Positions 47,961-58,794 of a stretch of DNA of 64,000 nucleotides are shown here, piece by piece. Position 1 is the stretch's first letter; the number at the start of each line of letters is the position of its first letter. The stretch spans positions 2,816,001-2,880,000 of the forward strand of contig OZ242260.1 in the NCBI GenBank assembly GCA_965207065.1, given 5' to 3'. The notes under the pieces are model-generated. The model did not search any database. It had not been told where the DNA came from and worked only from the letters and a program-made list of their open reading frames with translations. A program made the translations under genes and the position numbers. This DNA comes from a bacterium (GTDB lineage: Bacteria > UBA8248).

Positions 47961-48941
47961 CTAATACGGCACGTCGATGAGCATTCCATCGCCGGAGCGC
48001 ATGTCTTCTTCCAATAGCTCGCGCATCGCCCTGGTCACCGGGCCGGGCTTTCCGTCCCCGATGACCTGATCGTCCCACTGCACCACGGGGGCGACGTATA
48101 TCGAGCTACCGATCAGCATCATCTCGGCGGACGCCTTGGCCTCGGCCACGGGAATGTCGTCCACCACCACGTCTTTGATGACGCCTTGATCCACGAGTCG
48201 GCTCGCGAGTTCTAAAAGCCGCTTCACCGTGCAGCCCGAAAGAATGTTCTCGAACCTGGGATGCCGCAGTACGCCGTCCGCCGTCACGAAGGCGCAGTTC
48301 ATGTTCGAGCCCTCGCCTACGTTCCCCGCCTCGTCCACGAAGATGCCGTTGTCGAGGCCGTGTTCCTTCGCCTCCATCTGCATGAGGGTGTTGGGCAGGT
48401 AGTTCGTGCTCTTGGTGACCGCGTAGAGCGGCGGCTTGATGGGGTAGGTGGTCGTCATCACGCGCATTCCCTCGGCGTAGTAGCGCTCGGGGTAGTCGAG
48501 GCCGCCGAAGATCATCACGAAAAAGGCGGGCTTGGCGTCGCCTGCGGGTATCAGCCCCAGGTTGCCGGTGCCGGAAGAAGCCCAGTAGCGGATCGAGCCC
48601 TCGCGGCGGCCTGAGAGCGCGCTCGTGCGGATGACGATCTCGCGCATCTCCTCGCGGCTCGGGAGTTCGAGCTTGGAAGCCTCCGCTGAGCGGATGAAGC
48701 GGTCCAGGTGGTTCTCCAGGTCGTAGATCTTCCCCTCGATGATGGCCGCCGTGTCGAAGATGCCGTGACCCCGGTGGACCATGTGGTCGTCGAAGGGGAT
48801 GACCATCAGGTCGGGGTCCGTCACCACGCCGCCCAGGTGGCTCGAGTAAAACGCCGAATAATCGACCTCCTGCGCCGCGCGCAGGTTCTTGAGACTATCG
48901 AGAACGTCCTCTCTCGTGAGGGCGTTTATGCTTTCCGACAT
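47961..48941 (-). CDS. Class IV PLP aminotransferase (D-amino-acid transaminase/ADC lyase-like)
   Basis: DDHMVHRGHGIFDT, HLDRF, KSTNYL, EGSNMN, ILSGCT. Confidence 0.9.
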   Translation of the reverse strand: MSESINALTREDVLDSLKNLRAAQEVDYSAFYSSHLGGVVTDPDLMVIPFDDHMVHRGHGIFDTAAIIEGKIYDLENHLDRFIRSAEASKLELPSREEMREIVIRTSALSGRREGSIRYWASSGTGNLGLIPAGDAKPAFFVMIFGGLDYPERYYAEGMRVMTTTYPIKPPLYAVTKSTNYLPNTLMQMEAKEHGLDNGIFVDEAGNVGEGSNMNCAFVTADGVLRHPRFENILSGCTVKRLLELASRLVDQGVIKDVVVDDIPVAEAKASAEMMLIGSSIYVAPVVQWDDQVIGDGKPGPVTRAMRELLEEDMRSGDGMLIDVPY

Positions 48942-49119
48942 GGTCTTCTCCTTATGCCTTACAGCTTTACCCCGGAAATTCGGGAACCATTCTTTTGGAT
49001 GAAACCTCATATCATTCGAATTTGTCCGCATGATGCCGTGTGGGTGATTTTCGGGCAAGGGCCTGCTACATTATCGCCCGGTTGGTTCGGGCAGATAGGG
49101 TGTGCTGGAGGCATGGTCG

Positions 49120-50262
49120 ATGCAGGACGATCTTTATTTGAACGACGAGCAGAAGATGGTGCGTCAGATGACGCGGGATTTCTGCGAGCGCGAGATCGCT
49201 CCCCGGGCGTCGGAGATAGACGAGGGCCGCTTCCCGGCGGAGGTCGTGAAGAGCATGGGCGAACTCGGGCTGATGGGCCTCACCGTGCCGGATTCCTACG
49301 GCGGAGGGGGCGCGGACCCCGTCTCGATGGCGCTGGCGACCGAAGAGGTTGCGGCCGCGTGTCCTTCGACGAGCGCGATTTTCGCCGCGCACAACTCGCT
49401 GGTCTGCGAGCCTGTCCATCGCTTCGGCAGCGAGGGGCAAAAAGAACAATTTCTGCGCGGCCTGGCGAGCGGTGTGTGCATCGGCGCATTCGCCCTGACG
49501 GAGCCGGGCGCGGGTTCGGACGCCGCCTCGCTCACCACCAGCGCCGTGCGCGAAGGGGACGCCTACCGCATCAACGGCGTCAAGCGCTTCATCACCAGCG
49601 GCAAGCAGTCGGGCCTGTGCCTTCTCTTCGCGGTGACCGATCGCGCCATGCGCCACAAGGGGCTGAGCGCCTTCCTGGTTCCGCGCGAATCCCGAGGCTT
49701 CGAGGTCGTGCGCAGCGAGGACAAGATGGGGATGCACGGCTGTTCGATATCAGAGCTTCGCTTCGACGCCGTGGAACTGCCCGAGGCGAACCGCATGGGG
49801 GAGGAGGGGCAGGGCTTCGAACTCGCGATGCGGATACTCGATTCGGGTCGTATCATCGTCGCAGCCCAGGGTCTGGGCTTCGCGCGGGCGTGTCTCGACG
49901 CCTCGGTGGCCTATGCGCGCGAGCGCGAGACGTTCGGCGTCCCGATCAAGGATCACCAGCCTGTTGCGTGGAAGCTCGCTGACATGGCCACGCGCGTCCA
50001 CGGCGCGCGTCTGCTCACCATGAAGGCGGCGCGGCTCAAGGCGGCTGGCGCGCCCTATTCGGCCGAAGCCTCTATCGCCAAGGTGTTCGCCACCGACGCC
50101 GCCCAGCGTAACGCGGAAGAAGGCGTTCAACTCCACGGGGGCAACGGCTACATGCGCGAGTATCCCGTGGAGCGCTTCTACCGGGCTTCGAAGGTGACGC
50201 AGATCTACGAGGGCACGAACGAGATACTCCGTCAGGTCATCGCCAAGCACCTGCTCAACTGA
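49120..50262 (+). CDS. Acyl-CoA dehydrogenase
   Basis: FALTEPGAGSD, NGVKRFIT, EDKMG, QLHGGNGY, IYEGTNEI. Confidence 0.95.
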   Translation: MQDDLYLNDEQKMVRQMTRDFCEREIAPRASEIDEGRFPAEVVKSMGELGLMGLTVPDSYGGGGADPVSMALATEEVAAACPSTSAIFAAHNSLVCEPVHRFGSEGQKEQFLRGLASGVCIGAFALTEPGAGSDAASLTTSAVREGDAYRINGVKRFITSGKQSGLCLLFAVTDRAMRHKGLSAFLVPRESRGFEVVRSEDKMGMHGCSISELRFDAVELPEANRMGEEGQGFELAMRILDSGRIIVAAQGLGFARACLDASVAYARERETFGVPIKDHQPVAWKLADMATRVHGARLLTMKAARLKAAGAPYSAEASIAKVFATDAAQRNAEEGVQLHGGNGYMREYPVERFYRASKVTQIYEGTNEILRQVIAKHLLN

Positions 50263-50304
50263 AAAGAAACCCGCCCGCCGCCCATTATCGAGTAACATTC
50301 AAGT

Positions 50305-50379
50305 AAGAAACTGTTTTGTCGCTCACGTATGAACGACAAAGCTGTTTGTCGCTCACTTTTGGGCTAAAGTGAGCGACAA
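50305..50379 (+). repeat. Direct repeat left of fic (partner 51611-51686)
   Basis: GCTCACGTATGAACGACAAAGCYGTTTGTCGCTCA shared. Confidence 0.85.
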
Positions 50380-50510
50380 GAGCATCGTCGATTTCATTTT
50401 CAAGAGAGAAATTGTAACATTAAGGGCTAGTTCCGGGGTGACTGAGTGCTTTTTTGCGCGTTGACAGTCATCATCATTCACCAATGTATAAAGAGTTTTG
50501 GAGAGGACTG

Positions 50511-51626
50511 ATGCCTCCGGTTCATTACCACGAAGGGCGTTTCCCCCCGGAGAAAAGCCTCGATTGGGGAGCGCTGGCACCGTTACTCGGCCCGGCGGCT
50601 GCGGCTCTGGCGCGCTACGACGAGATACTCAACGTCGTTCGTAACCCCGAATTATTGCTTGCGCCCTTGACTACCCAGGAGGCGGTGCTCTCCTCGCGCA
50701 TCGAGGGCACCCAGGCCACCATGGGTGAGGTATTGGAGTTCGAGGCGGGGCAGGAGGTGGACTCTCCCGAGCGTCGTGACGACATTGAAGAAGTACGCAA
50801 CTACCGCACCTCGATGAGAGAGGCGGAGGAGATGCTCACCGCACTCCCGCTGTCCTTAAGAGTCGTCCGAGAGGCGCATCGCGTATTGCTTTCCGGGGTG
50901 CGCGGGAGGAACAAATCTCCCGGTGAGTATCGGCGTATCCCGAATTGGATCGGGCCGCCAGGGTGTTCCATCGATACCGCCAAGTTCGTGCCCATCGGGG
51001 CGGAGAAGCTCGACGAGGCCATGAGCGCATGGGAGCGCTATATCCACCAGGAAACGCCCGATCTGCTGGTGCAGGCGGCCGTCCTGCACGCTGAGTTCGA
51101 AGCCCTGCACCCTTTCCTGGACGGTAACGGTCGCCTGGGGCGGATGCTGGTTCCTTTGTTTCTATGGCAGCGCGGTCTCATCAGCCGTCCCATGTTCTAC
51201 ATCAGCGCCTATTTCGAGGCGCATCGCGATGCGTATTACAATGGGTTGCTCGCCGTCTCGCGCGACGACGATTGGACGGGTTGGTGCAAGTTTTTTCTCG
51301 AAGGAGTGCGAGTGCAGGCGGAGGACAATCTCGCCAAAGCCCGGGCCATTCTCGAGCTTTACGAGGACATGAAAATACGTGTAACGGAATTGACCCGCTC
51401 CCACTACGCCGTCCACGCCCTGGACTGGATTTTCGAGCGTCCGATTTTCCGCAGCATTCATTTTGTGAACACGGCGGACATCCCTGAGCCGACGGCGCGC
51501 AGGGTGTTGCGAGTGCTTCGGGAAAATGAAATCCTGAATGTTGTCAGAACCGGGAAAGGCCGCCGCTCGACGATTCTGTCGTTTCCTGACTTGCTAAACA
51601 TTGCGGAGCAAAGAAAGCTGTTTTAA
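50511..51626 (+). CDS. Fic family protein
   Basis: EAVLSSRIEGT inhibitory helix and HPFLDGNGRLGR catalytic motif. Confidence 0.95.
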   Translation: MPPVHYHEGRFPPEKSLDWGALAPLLGPAAAALARYDEILNVVRNPELLLAPLTTQEAVLSSRIEGTQATMGEVLEFEAGQEVDSPERRDDIEEVRNYRTSMREAEEMLTALPLSLRVVREAHRVLLSGVRGRNKSPGEYRRIPNWIGPPGCSIDTAKFVPIGAEKLDEAMSAWERYIHQETPDLLVQAAVLHAEFEALHPFLDGNGRLGRMLVPLFLWQRGLISRPMFYISAYFEAHRDAYYNGLLAVSRDDDWTGWCKFFLEGVRVQAEDNLAKARAILELYEDMKIRVTELTRSHYAVHALDWIFERPIFRSIHFVNTADIPEPTARRVLRVLRENEILNVVRTGKGRRSTILSFPDLLNIAEQRKLF

Positions 51627-51686
51627 TGCTCACGTATGAACGACAAAGCCGTTTGTCGCTCATTTATGGACGAAAATGATTGACAA
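51611..51686 (+). repeat. Direct repeat at the 3' end of fic
   Basis: Matches 50305-50379. Confidence 0.85.
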
Positions 51687-51734
51687 AACCATTTGTTGTG
51701 CATTTATTAACGACATACGCATCTCCGCCCAGTC

Positions 51735-52430
51735 ATGGAGATGAATAAGCCGATGTCAGCCTCACGTTTTCGTTCGAAAGGTTTCTGGAAGAAGCGGACG
51801 CCTCGCGCGCGCTTGCGCCGCCATGTGGCGCTCGCCATCGTCCTCGCATTCTTCGTCAGCGGCTGCGTCACGCCCACGCCGAGGCGGCAGGGGAACATCT
51901 GCGAGATTTTCGACCAGCAGCCCGACTGGTACGACTACGCCCGCGCGTCCGAGAAACGCTGGGGCACGCCGGTGCACGTGCTCATGGCGTTCGTGAAGAA
52001 AGAATCGAGTTTCCAGAGCCACGCGAGGCCGCCCATGCGGTGGTTCCTGTTCATCCCGCTCGGCCGCCCCTCCACGGCGCTTGGCTATGCGCAGCCCCTG
52101 AACCAGACCTGGGGGGACTACAAGGCGGAGCGCGGCAGCTGGCTGAGCAGCCGCACGCGCATGAAGGATGCGCTCGACTTCGTCGGCTGGTACAACGCCA
52201 AGTCACGGCGCGAACTGGGCATTTCCCTGAACGACGCGCACAGGCTCTACCTCGCCTATCACGAGGGAAGGGGCGGCTACCGGCGCGGAACGTGGAAGAA
52301 AAAGCCGAAAATCCGCCGCGCGGCGCGGCGCGTGGCCGAGACCGCCCGGCTCTACAAGGCCCAGCTCGCGCGCTGCGAATCGAGGTTCCGGTGCGATTCG
52401 TGGTATCAGGTCTGGCCCTTTTGCCGCTGA
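51735..52430 (+). CDS. Transglycosylase SLT-domain lipoprotein
   Basis: Lipobox VSGC, KESSF, GYAQ, YLAYHEG; start uncertain. Confidence 0.82.
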   Translation: MEMNKPMSASRFRSKGFWKKRTPRARLRRHVALAIVLAFFVSGCVTPTPRRQGNICEIFDQQPDWYDYARASEKRWGTPVHVLMAFVKKESSFQSHARPPMRWFLFIPLGRPSTALGYAQPLNQTWGDYKAERGSWLSSRTRMKDALDFVGWYNAKSRRELGISLNDAHRLYLAYHEGRGGYRRGTWKKKPKIRRAARRVAETARLYKAQLARCESRFRCDSWYQVWPFCR

Positions 52431-52440
52431 GGATTACTGA

Positions 52441-53121
52441 ATGATTCCGTACCGTATTCTTAAATGCCCTGCGATTGTCCTCTGCGTTCTGACCGCCTTT
52501 CTCATCCTTACTCCCGGCGTTCTCCTGGCGCAGGAGATCGTGCTCGGCCGCTTCTCGGCGGGCGACCTCTCCGGCTGGGAACCCAAGAGTTTCGAGGGCG
52601 AGACCAGGTATCGACTCGTCAAGTTGCGAGGCGGCGAAACGGTCCTCGAAGCGGTGAGCAACGCGGCTGCGTCCGGCCTGGTGCTCAAGCGGAAGATCGA
52701 CCTCACGAAAACGCCGATTCTCATCTGGCGCTGGCGGATCGAGCGCCCCGTCAACCCGCCGGATGAGTTGTCCAAAGAAGGAGACGACTTCGCCGCCCGC
52801 GTCTATTTCCTGGCGCCCGGCGCCGGCTGGCTCTCTTTTCCGGATTCGGTCGTCTACGTCTGGGCCAGCGGGCAGCCTGTAGGCTCCGCCTGGCCGAACC
52901 CCTACACCAAGAAGGCCCACATGGTCGCCGTCGATTCAGGCGCGGGCCTCGCCGGGCAGTGGCGGACCCATCGCCGGAACATGCGCGCGGATTTCAGGCG
53001 CTACTTCGGCCGCGACATCACCGAGATCACCCACATCGCCATCATGACCGACACCGACAACAGCAAGCTCTCGGCCCGCGGCTGGTACGGCGATATCCGC
53101 GTCGCCTCCGCCGGACCATAA
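52441..53121 (+). CDS. DUF3047 domain protein
   Basis: ASGL, GDDFAARVY, YVW, IAIMTDTDN, YGDI. Confidence 0.85.
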   Translation: MIPYRILKCPAIVLCVLTAFLILTPGVLLAQEIVLGRFSAGDLSGWEPKSFEGETRYRLVKLRGGETVLEAVSNAAASGLVLKRKIDLTKTPILIWRWRIERPVNPPDELSKEGDDFAARVYFLAPGAGWLSFPDSVVYVWASGQPVGSAWPNPYTKKAHMVAVDSGAGLAGQWRTHRRNMRADFRRYFGRDITEITHIAIMTDTDNSKLSARGWYGDIRVASAGP

Positions 53122-53154
53122 AATAAATCGAACTAACCAACAGGAAATTAAATC

Positions 53155-53784
53155 GTGCATGTAGCCGTGATCGATATAGGAAGTCCTAAGAATAATAATA
53201 TCGGTTGGGCTCTCGTGGGCGATAAAGCCGATTGCGGTACTAATCTGGACGAGTGTGCGAAAGTTCTCGCCCAAGTGCTTAAAACTGAACCCTTGGCACT
53301 TGGTTTTGAGGCTCCGATGTTCGTACCTATGAGAAATGAGCCTTTTAGTCTAACGAGCGCACGTTGTGGCGAGACGGGGGAGGGTATTAGTAGACCATTC
53401 TCGGCCAGCGCTGGCGCCTCAGTCTTGGTCACTTCTACGGTGGTCGTGCCTTACGTTCTTCGTTGTCTCAGGAAAACTGTTCCAGACGTGACGGCGACGC
53501 TTGATTGGAATGGCTGGCCAAATGAACCCAGACAATCGAGTCGGATGCTTCTATTTGAGGCTTTTGTCACGAACCAGGATAAAGCTAGGCAGCACTTTGA
53601 AGATGCCCGGTTGGCGGCTAAGGAACTCTACACCAAGCTCAGGGGCAATAAGAAAATCGAATCATCTGTGACGGTAGATAAATGTTTCAGTATTCTCGGT
53701 GCCATGATGTTGCGGACTGGATTGTCTAAGGATATTTCTGTGCTATCTCAACCATGTTTAGTAGTCAGGCCAAACACTGAATAG
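53155..53784 (+). CDS. Hypothetical protein, possible RNase H-fold nuclease (DUF429-like)
   Basis: VAVIDIG..GWA, LGFEAP, LFEAF, HFEDA; AT-richer than neighbours. Confidence 0.55.
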   Translation: MHVAVIDIGSPKNNNIGWALVGDKADCGTNLDECAKVLAQVLKTEPLALGFEAPMFVPMRNEPFSLTSARCGETGEGISRPFSASAGASVLVTSTVVVPYVLRCLRKTVPDVTATLDWNGWPNEPRQSSRMLLFEAFVTNQDKARQHFEDARLAAKELYTKLRGNKKIESSVTVDKCFSILGAMMLRTGLSKDISVLSQPCLVVRPNTE

Positions 53785-53830
53785 TGAAAGAGTTATAGTT
53801 CCACGTATGTGTTGACATGGAGCTACCCAG

Positions 53831-54670
53831 CTATTCGCCGGGCTGTTCCTTGTTTTTTTCGATGGCCGCCATCGCCAGTTCGCGGTCTTCGGGGTCTTCC
53901 ACGCGGCGCGCGGTATCGAGAGCGGCGTCGATTTGCCCCTCTTGCGCCTGCGCCAAGGCGATATCCCGGTAAGCCCAGGAGCGATATGGAGCTTTACCGA
54001 TGCCGCTTGCGGAGTTGAGAGCGACGGGGAAATCTCCTGCGTTCGCCTGGACCGTCGCGATTTCCTGCAAGGCCCAGGAGCGCCAGGCAGGGTCGCCGAT
54101 TTCACGGGCGTTCTGAACGGCTGCGGTGAAATCCCCCGCCTCGGCCATGCCCATGACGCTTCGCCACGCATTTTCGGAAAGGCTTTTCTCGTCGCGGATC
54201 TCCTCGATCGCCTCCAGAGCGGCGTTCAGCGTGTGGGAGGCGATGGCGGCGGCGGGACCACTCTGGATGGCGGAGAAGTGCTTGAGCGCCTGCATTTGAT
54301 CGTCGGGGTCGTCGATGCGGCGTATCGTCTCGATGGCTTCGCTGATTTGTCCCGCCCTCGTCTGCGCAATGGCGATTTCACGCAAGGCGGAGGCGTAAAA
54401 AAGAGCGCTTCCGATGCCTCGCGCGGTCTCGATAGCGGCGTCGATATCCCCCGCCTGCGCCTGTGAGCCGGCGAGCTCACTCAGATGAATGGAGCGGTTG
54501 GTGATTTCGCTCAGGAATCGCGAGATTTCGGCCTCGGGCGTGAGCTCCCGGCCGTCGAGCGTCTCCTCCCGGATTTCCGCGCTTTCCGGCAGGAAAGAAG
54601 CCGGAGGCTTCTCCTCGGCTTCGCTCGAATTCCCCATAAATCGCATCAAACTCCGAAAAATGTTTCTCAT
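53831..54670 (-). CDS. Alpha-helical repeat (TPR-like) protein, copy 1
   Basis: Repeats of ALREIAIAQ..AG.I..A...A..I. Confidence 0.8.
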   Translation of the reverse strand: MRNIFRSLMRFMGNSSEAEEKPPASFLPESAEIREETLDGRELTPEAEISRFLSEITNRSIHLSELAGSQAQAGDIDAAIETARGIGSALFYASALREIAIAQTRAGQISEAIETIRRIDDPDDQMQALKHFSAIQSGPAAAIASHTLNAALEAIEEIRDEKSLSENAWRSVMGMAEAGDFTAAVQNAREIGDPAWRSWALQEIATVQANAGDFPVALNSASGIGKAPYRSWAYRDIALAQAQEGQIDAALDTARRVEDPEDRELAMAAIEKNKEQPGE

Positions 54671-54983
54671 CTGGGTCCTCGTCTATCGGTATGAGAGATT
54701 TCATATTGAACGCGATGTTTTTCCACAGGATTGATATCGTTAGCCTTGTTCTAAGCAGTCATTATCATCTCGTTTGTTTTGATTTGCAAAAGAAAAAGCA
54801 CTCAAGAAGCCGAGATTACGTATTATCGCCATAGATATTATATTGTAAATACCAATATTTATAGGATTACTATGAATCGAGGCTGATGCCGAACAGGCAG
54901 GGTCGGTGAGAATGCGCGCTCATCTTTGCTCCTCGATCGCCTCGGCGAAGCGCTCGGCGATGTCGGCGGCGCGGCTTGGCGCG

Positions 54984-55823
54984 CTATTTACCGGGTTGTT
55001 CCTTGTGTTTTTCGATGGCGGCCATCGCCTGCTCGCGGTCTTCGGGGTCTTCCACGCGGCGCGCGGTGTCGAGAGCGGCCTCGATTTGCTCCTCTTGCGC
55101 CTGCGCCACGGCGATATCCCGGTAAGCCCAGGAGCGGTACAGCGCCTTGCTGATGCCGCTTGCGGAGTTGAGAGCGGCGGGGAAATCTCCCGCCTGCGCC
55201 TGACCCGTCGCGATTTCCTGCAAGGCCCAGGAGCGCCAGGCAGGGTCGCCGATTTCACGGGCGTTCTGAACGGCTGCGGTGAAATCCCCCGCCTCGGCCA
55301 GGTCCATGACGCTTCGCCACGCATTTTCGGAAAGGCTTTTCTCGTCGCGGATCTCCTCGACCGCCTCCAGGGCGGCGTTGATCGCTTGGGAGGCGATGGC
55401 AGAGCCGGGACCACTCTGGATGGCGGAGAAGTGCTTGAGCGCCTGCATCTGATCGTCGGGATCGTCGATTCGGCGTATCGTCTCGATGGCTTCGCTGATT
55501 TGTCCCGCCCTCGCCTGAGCAATGGCGATTTCCCGCAAGGCGGAGGCGTAAAAAAGAGCGCTTCCGATGCCTCGCGCGGTCTCGATGGCGGCGTCGATAT
55601 CCCCCGCCTGCGCCTGTGAGTGGGCGAGCTCGCTCAGATGAATGGAGCGGTTGGTGATTTCGCTCAGGAATCGCGTGGTTTCGGCCACGGGCGTGAGCTC
55701 CCGGCCGTCGAGCGTCTCCTCCCGGATTTCCGCGCTTTCCGGCAGGAAAGAAGCCGGAGGCTTCTCCTCGGCTTCGGGCGAAACCCCCATGAATCTCATC
55801 AAACTCCGGAGTATGTTTCTCAT
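54984..55823 (-). CDS. Alpha-helical repeat (TPR-like) protein, copy 2
   Basis: Near-identical tandem paralog of 53831-54670. Confidence 0.8.
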   Translation of the reverse strand: MRNILRSLMRFMGVSPEAEEKPPASFLPESAEIREETLDGRELTPVAETTRFLSEITNRSIHLSELAHSQAQAGDIDAAIETARGIGSALFYASALREIAIAQARAGQISEAIETIRRIDDPDDQMQALKHFSAIQSGPGSAIASQAINAALEAVEEIRDEKSLSENAWRSVMDLAEAGDFTAAVQNAREIGDPAWRSWALQEIATGQAQAGDFPAALNSASGISKALYRSWAYRDIAVAQAQEEQIEAALDTARRVEDPEDREQAMAAIEKHKEQPGK

Positions 55824-56068
55824 CCGGGTCCTCAATTATCCCTTGCTGGATTATTCACCTTGATTCAAACTGATCGTCCATACAAGGTTCATGTGATTGT
55901 GTCGCACTGTGAAAATATTATCTTCGCATTCGCTTTATTTTGCAAAAAAAAAGCACTCGAACAACTGGAATTATTGATAGTTGCCACGAGAATGGCGGGG
56001 AAAGCAAAAAATGAAAGGAAAAACAGGTCCGATGCCTCGTTCGGCAGGACGGGAAACTCGCGCGGCTC

Positions 56069-58105
56069 CTACTCCTCTATCGCCTCGGCGACGAGTTCGG
56101 CGATGTCGGCGGCGCGGATGTTCTTCTCCGGGTCGAGCGTCTTGAGAGCGTCATCGAACATCTGCATGCAGAAAGGACACGAGACGGCGGCGGTTTCGGC
56201 CCCGCATGCCTTCACGTCCTCGAGCCGCTCGTGGTTGATGCGCTTTTTGGGGTCATCGTCCATCCATGCGTAGCCGCCGCCCGCGCCGCAGCAAAGCGAG
56301 CGCGAGCGGTTGCGCGCGAGCTCGGTGAAGCCGCCGTCGGATATCTGGTGCAGCACCTCGCGCGGGGCGTCGTACACGCCGTTGTGGCGGCCCAGGTAGC
56401 AGGGGTCGTGGTAGGTGATGGAGCCGAGCGATTTCTTGAGCTTGAGTTTTCCTGATTTTATGAGTTCCGCGATGAGCTGCGTGTGGTGCACCACCTCGTA
56501 GTTTCCCCCGAAGTCGGGGTATTCGTTCTTGTACGTGTTGAAGCAATGCGGGCAGGTGGTGATGATTTTCTTCACCTCATAGCCGTTCAGCGTCTCGATG
56601 TTCTGTTTCGCGCACATCTGGAAGGTGAACTCGCCCCCGGCCCGACGGGCGGGGTCGCCTGTGCAGACCTCCTCCGCGCCCAGGATGGCGAAGTCCACGC
56701 CCGCGGCTGAGAGTATCTTCACCATCGCCCGCGACACCTCGATGTTGCGGTCGATCATCGAACCCGTACAGCCCACCCAGTAGAGATATTCCGCCTTCTC
56801 TCCGCTTGCGAGGACTTTCACGTCGAGGCCCTCGTACCATTCCTCGCGGTTGTGTTGCGCGCCCACCCAGGGGTGTTGCCGCTCGTCCATCGACTTCAGG
56901 AACTGGCGCGCGTCCTCGCTCGTTTTGGATTCCATCATCACCAGGTAGCGCCGCATGTCCACCATCTTGGGGATGTGCTCGATGAATACCGGGCACTCCT
57001 GCTGGCAGGCCCCGCAGGTGCGGCAGCCCCAGAGTTCTTCTTCCAGGACGGCGGGTTCGTCCCCGGGCTCGCCGAACAGGGGCGTCCTCTCGCCGGCTTC
57101 ACCGTTTTCCGCGAGCGCCGCCGGGCCCGTCTCGCTCAGGTGCGTCTTCATGTCCTGGATCAGCTTTTTGGGGCTGAGCGGCACCCCGCTCATGTAGGCG
57201 GGGCAGACGTCCTGGCAGCGGCCGCAGTTCGTACACGCGTCCAGATCCAGCAGGTTTTTCCAGGTGTACCCCTCGATCTTCTCCACCCCCAGGGTTTCCA
57301 GCGCCTCGGGGTCCGCTTCCATCGTCGCCTCGATGTCGATGAAGCTCAGCTTGCCGCTCGACTCCAGATTTCTGCAGAACATGTTCAACAGGCCGTACCA
57401 GATGTGGTTGAACTTCCCGAAGCCCATGTAGCCGAGCAGGACGAACGCAGTAATGGCGTGGAACCACCAGTTGATGCGGTGGAGGAACCGGAGCGTCTCG
57501 AGGCTCAGCCCCTGGAGAGTCAGGGCGACCGCGTAGCCGCCCGGCGACCACGGGGCCAGGGCCGGGTTGTGTCTGAGTTCGGTTGCCGCGATGCGCAGCC
57601 CTTCCACGACGAAGCCCTGCACGAAAACGAGCAGGAGCAGCCACAGCGCGAGGTAGTCGTCGAGCACGGAGTTCATGCGCTCGGGCTTCATCACCAGGCG
57701 CCGCCAGAGGGCCATGAGTATTCCGACGATCCCCAACAGCCCGAAGCCGTCGCTGAGCAGCGAGTAGCCCAGGTAGAGGTTTCCCTTGAGATAGTGGATT
57801 CCCGTCCATTCCTGAACGGCGATCATCGAAGTGGCGATCAGTTCGACGAAAAAGCCGTAGAAGATGAACAGGTGCATGAGGCCGGGGTAGGTGTCCCGCA
57901 GCATCCGTCGGTGGAGCACCAGCTCATCCACAACCCCCCAGAGGCGTTTCACCGGTTTGTCGGTTCTCATTTCGCCGCCGCCCAGGCGCCACAACCTCAC
58001 GCGCTGGTAGATACCGTATGACATCACGCCGATCGCCATCGCGGCGAAGAGGTAGATCAACGGGCCGAAGACGATGTTCCAGTAAATTTCCCGCGTGGGT
58101 GTCAT
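56069..58105 (-). CDS. Membrane Fe-S oxidoreductase, FadF/HdrD-related (NarI-like TM domain, 2x4Fe-4S, CCG domains)
   Basis: [39 protein letters not shown]. Confidence 0.9.
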   Translation of the reverse strand: MTPTREIYWNIVFGPLIYLFAAMAIGVMSYGIYQRVRLWRLGGGEMRTDKPVKRLWGVVDELVLHRRMLRDTYPGLMHLFIFYGFFVELIATSMIAVQEWTGIHYLKGNLYLGYSLLSDGFGLLGIVGILMALWRRLVMKPERMNSVLDDYLALWLLLLVFVQGFVVEGLRIAATELRHNPALAPWSPGGYAVALTLQGLSLETLRFLHRINWWFHAITAFVLLGYMGFGKFNHIWYGLLNMFCRNLESSGKLSFIDIEATMEADPEALETLGVEKIEGYTWKNLLDLDACTNCGRCQDVCPAYMSGVPLSPKKLIQDMKTHLSETGPAALAENGEAGERTPLFGEPGDEPAVLEEELWGCRTCGACQQECPVFIEHIPKMVDMRRYLVMMESKTSEDARQFLKSMDERQHPWVGAQHNREEWYEGLDVKVLASGEKAEYLYWVGCTGSMIDRNIEVSRAMVKILSAAGVDFAILGAEEVCTGDPARRAGGEFTFQMCAKQNIETLNGYEVKKIITTCPHCFNTYKNEYPDFGGNYEVVHHTQLIAELIKSGKLKLKKSLGSITYHDPCYLGRHNGVYDAPREVLHQISDGGFTELARNRSRSLCCGAGGGYAWMDDDPKKRINHERLEDVKACGAETAAVSCPFCMQMFDDALKTLDPEKNIRAADIAELVAEAIEE

Positions 58106-58278
58106 GTGAGAATCCTGTGGGGCGATTCGGTGCGTTGTCTTTCATTTCTGATGTACCGAGGTTACGAAAACTCAGCCGAAAAGTCGACACTCTTCCGGGT
58201 TCATTTGTAACGCGGCTTTCTTTGCTGGATAATCAGAGCTTCAACTCTCAGGAGTGCACCAAAGCGCGGAGGCGGCCG

Positions 58279-58692
58279 ATGAGCGAGAGAAAGATACGGG
58301 TGCTGGTGGGCAAGCCCGGCCTCGACGGACATGACAGGGGAGCCAAGGTGGTCGCGCGCGCGCTCAGGGACGCAGGCATGGAGGTGATTTACTCTGGCAT
58401 CCGCCAGACGCCCGAGCAAATCGCCTCGACAGCCATGCAGGAAGACGTCGACTGCGTGGGCCTCTCGATACTTTCGGGCGCGCACAACCACCTGTTTCCC
58501 AGAATCCGTGAATTGCTCGATGAGCACGGCATGGACGACGTTCTTCTCTTCGGGGGCGGCATCGTGCCGGATGATGACATTCCCTTTCTCAAGGAAATGG
58601 GGGTGGATGAGATTTTCACCCCGGGCGCGACGATGGAGGACATCGTCTCCTATGTGCGTGAAACGGTAGCCGAGCGCAGGGAGAGCGCCTGA
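58279..58692 (+). CDS. Cobalamin-binding subunit of methylmalonyl-CoA mutase family
   Basis: [28 protein letters not shown]. Confidence 0.93.
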   Translation: MSERKIRVLVGKPGLDGHDRGAKVVARALRDAGMEVIYSGIRQTPEQIASTAMQEDVDCVGLSILSGAHNHLFPRIRELLDEHGMDDVLLFGGGIVPDDDIPFLKEMGVDEIFTPGATMEDIVSYVRETVAERRESA

Positions 58693-58794
58693 GGACACGG
58701 CTTCGTTGCGGCGCGAAGGCTCAGTTCGTATACTGCGCGCTCCTGAGCGGGACGGGGCGCTTTTTTCTGGATGGACATTTTTTGGAGCGGCTGG

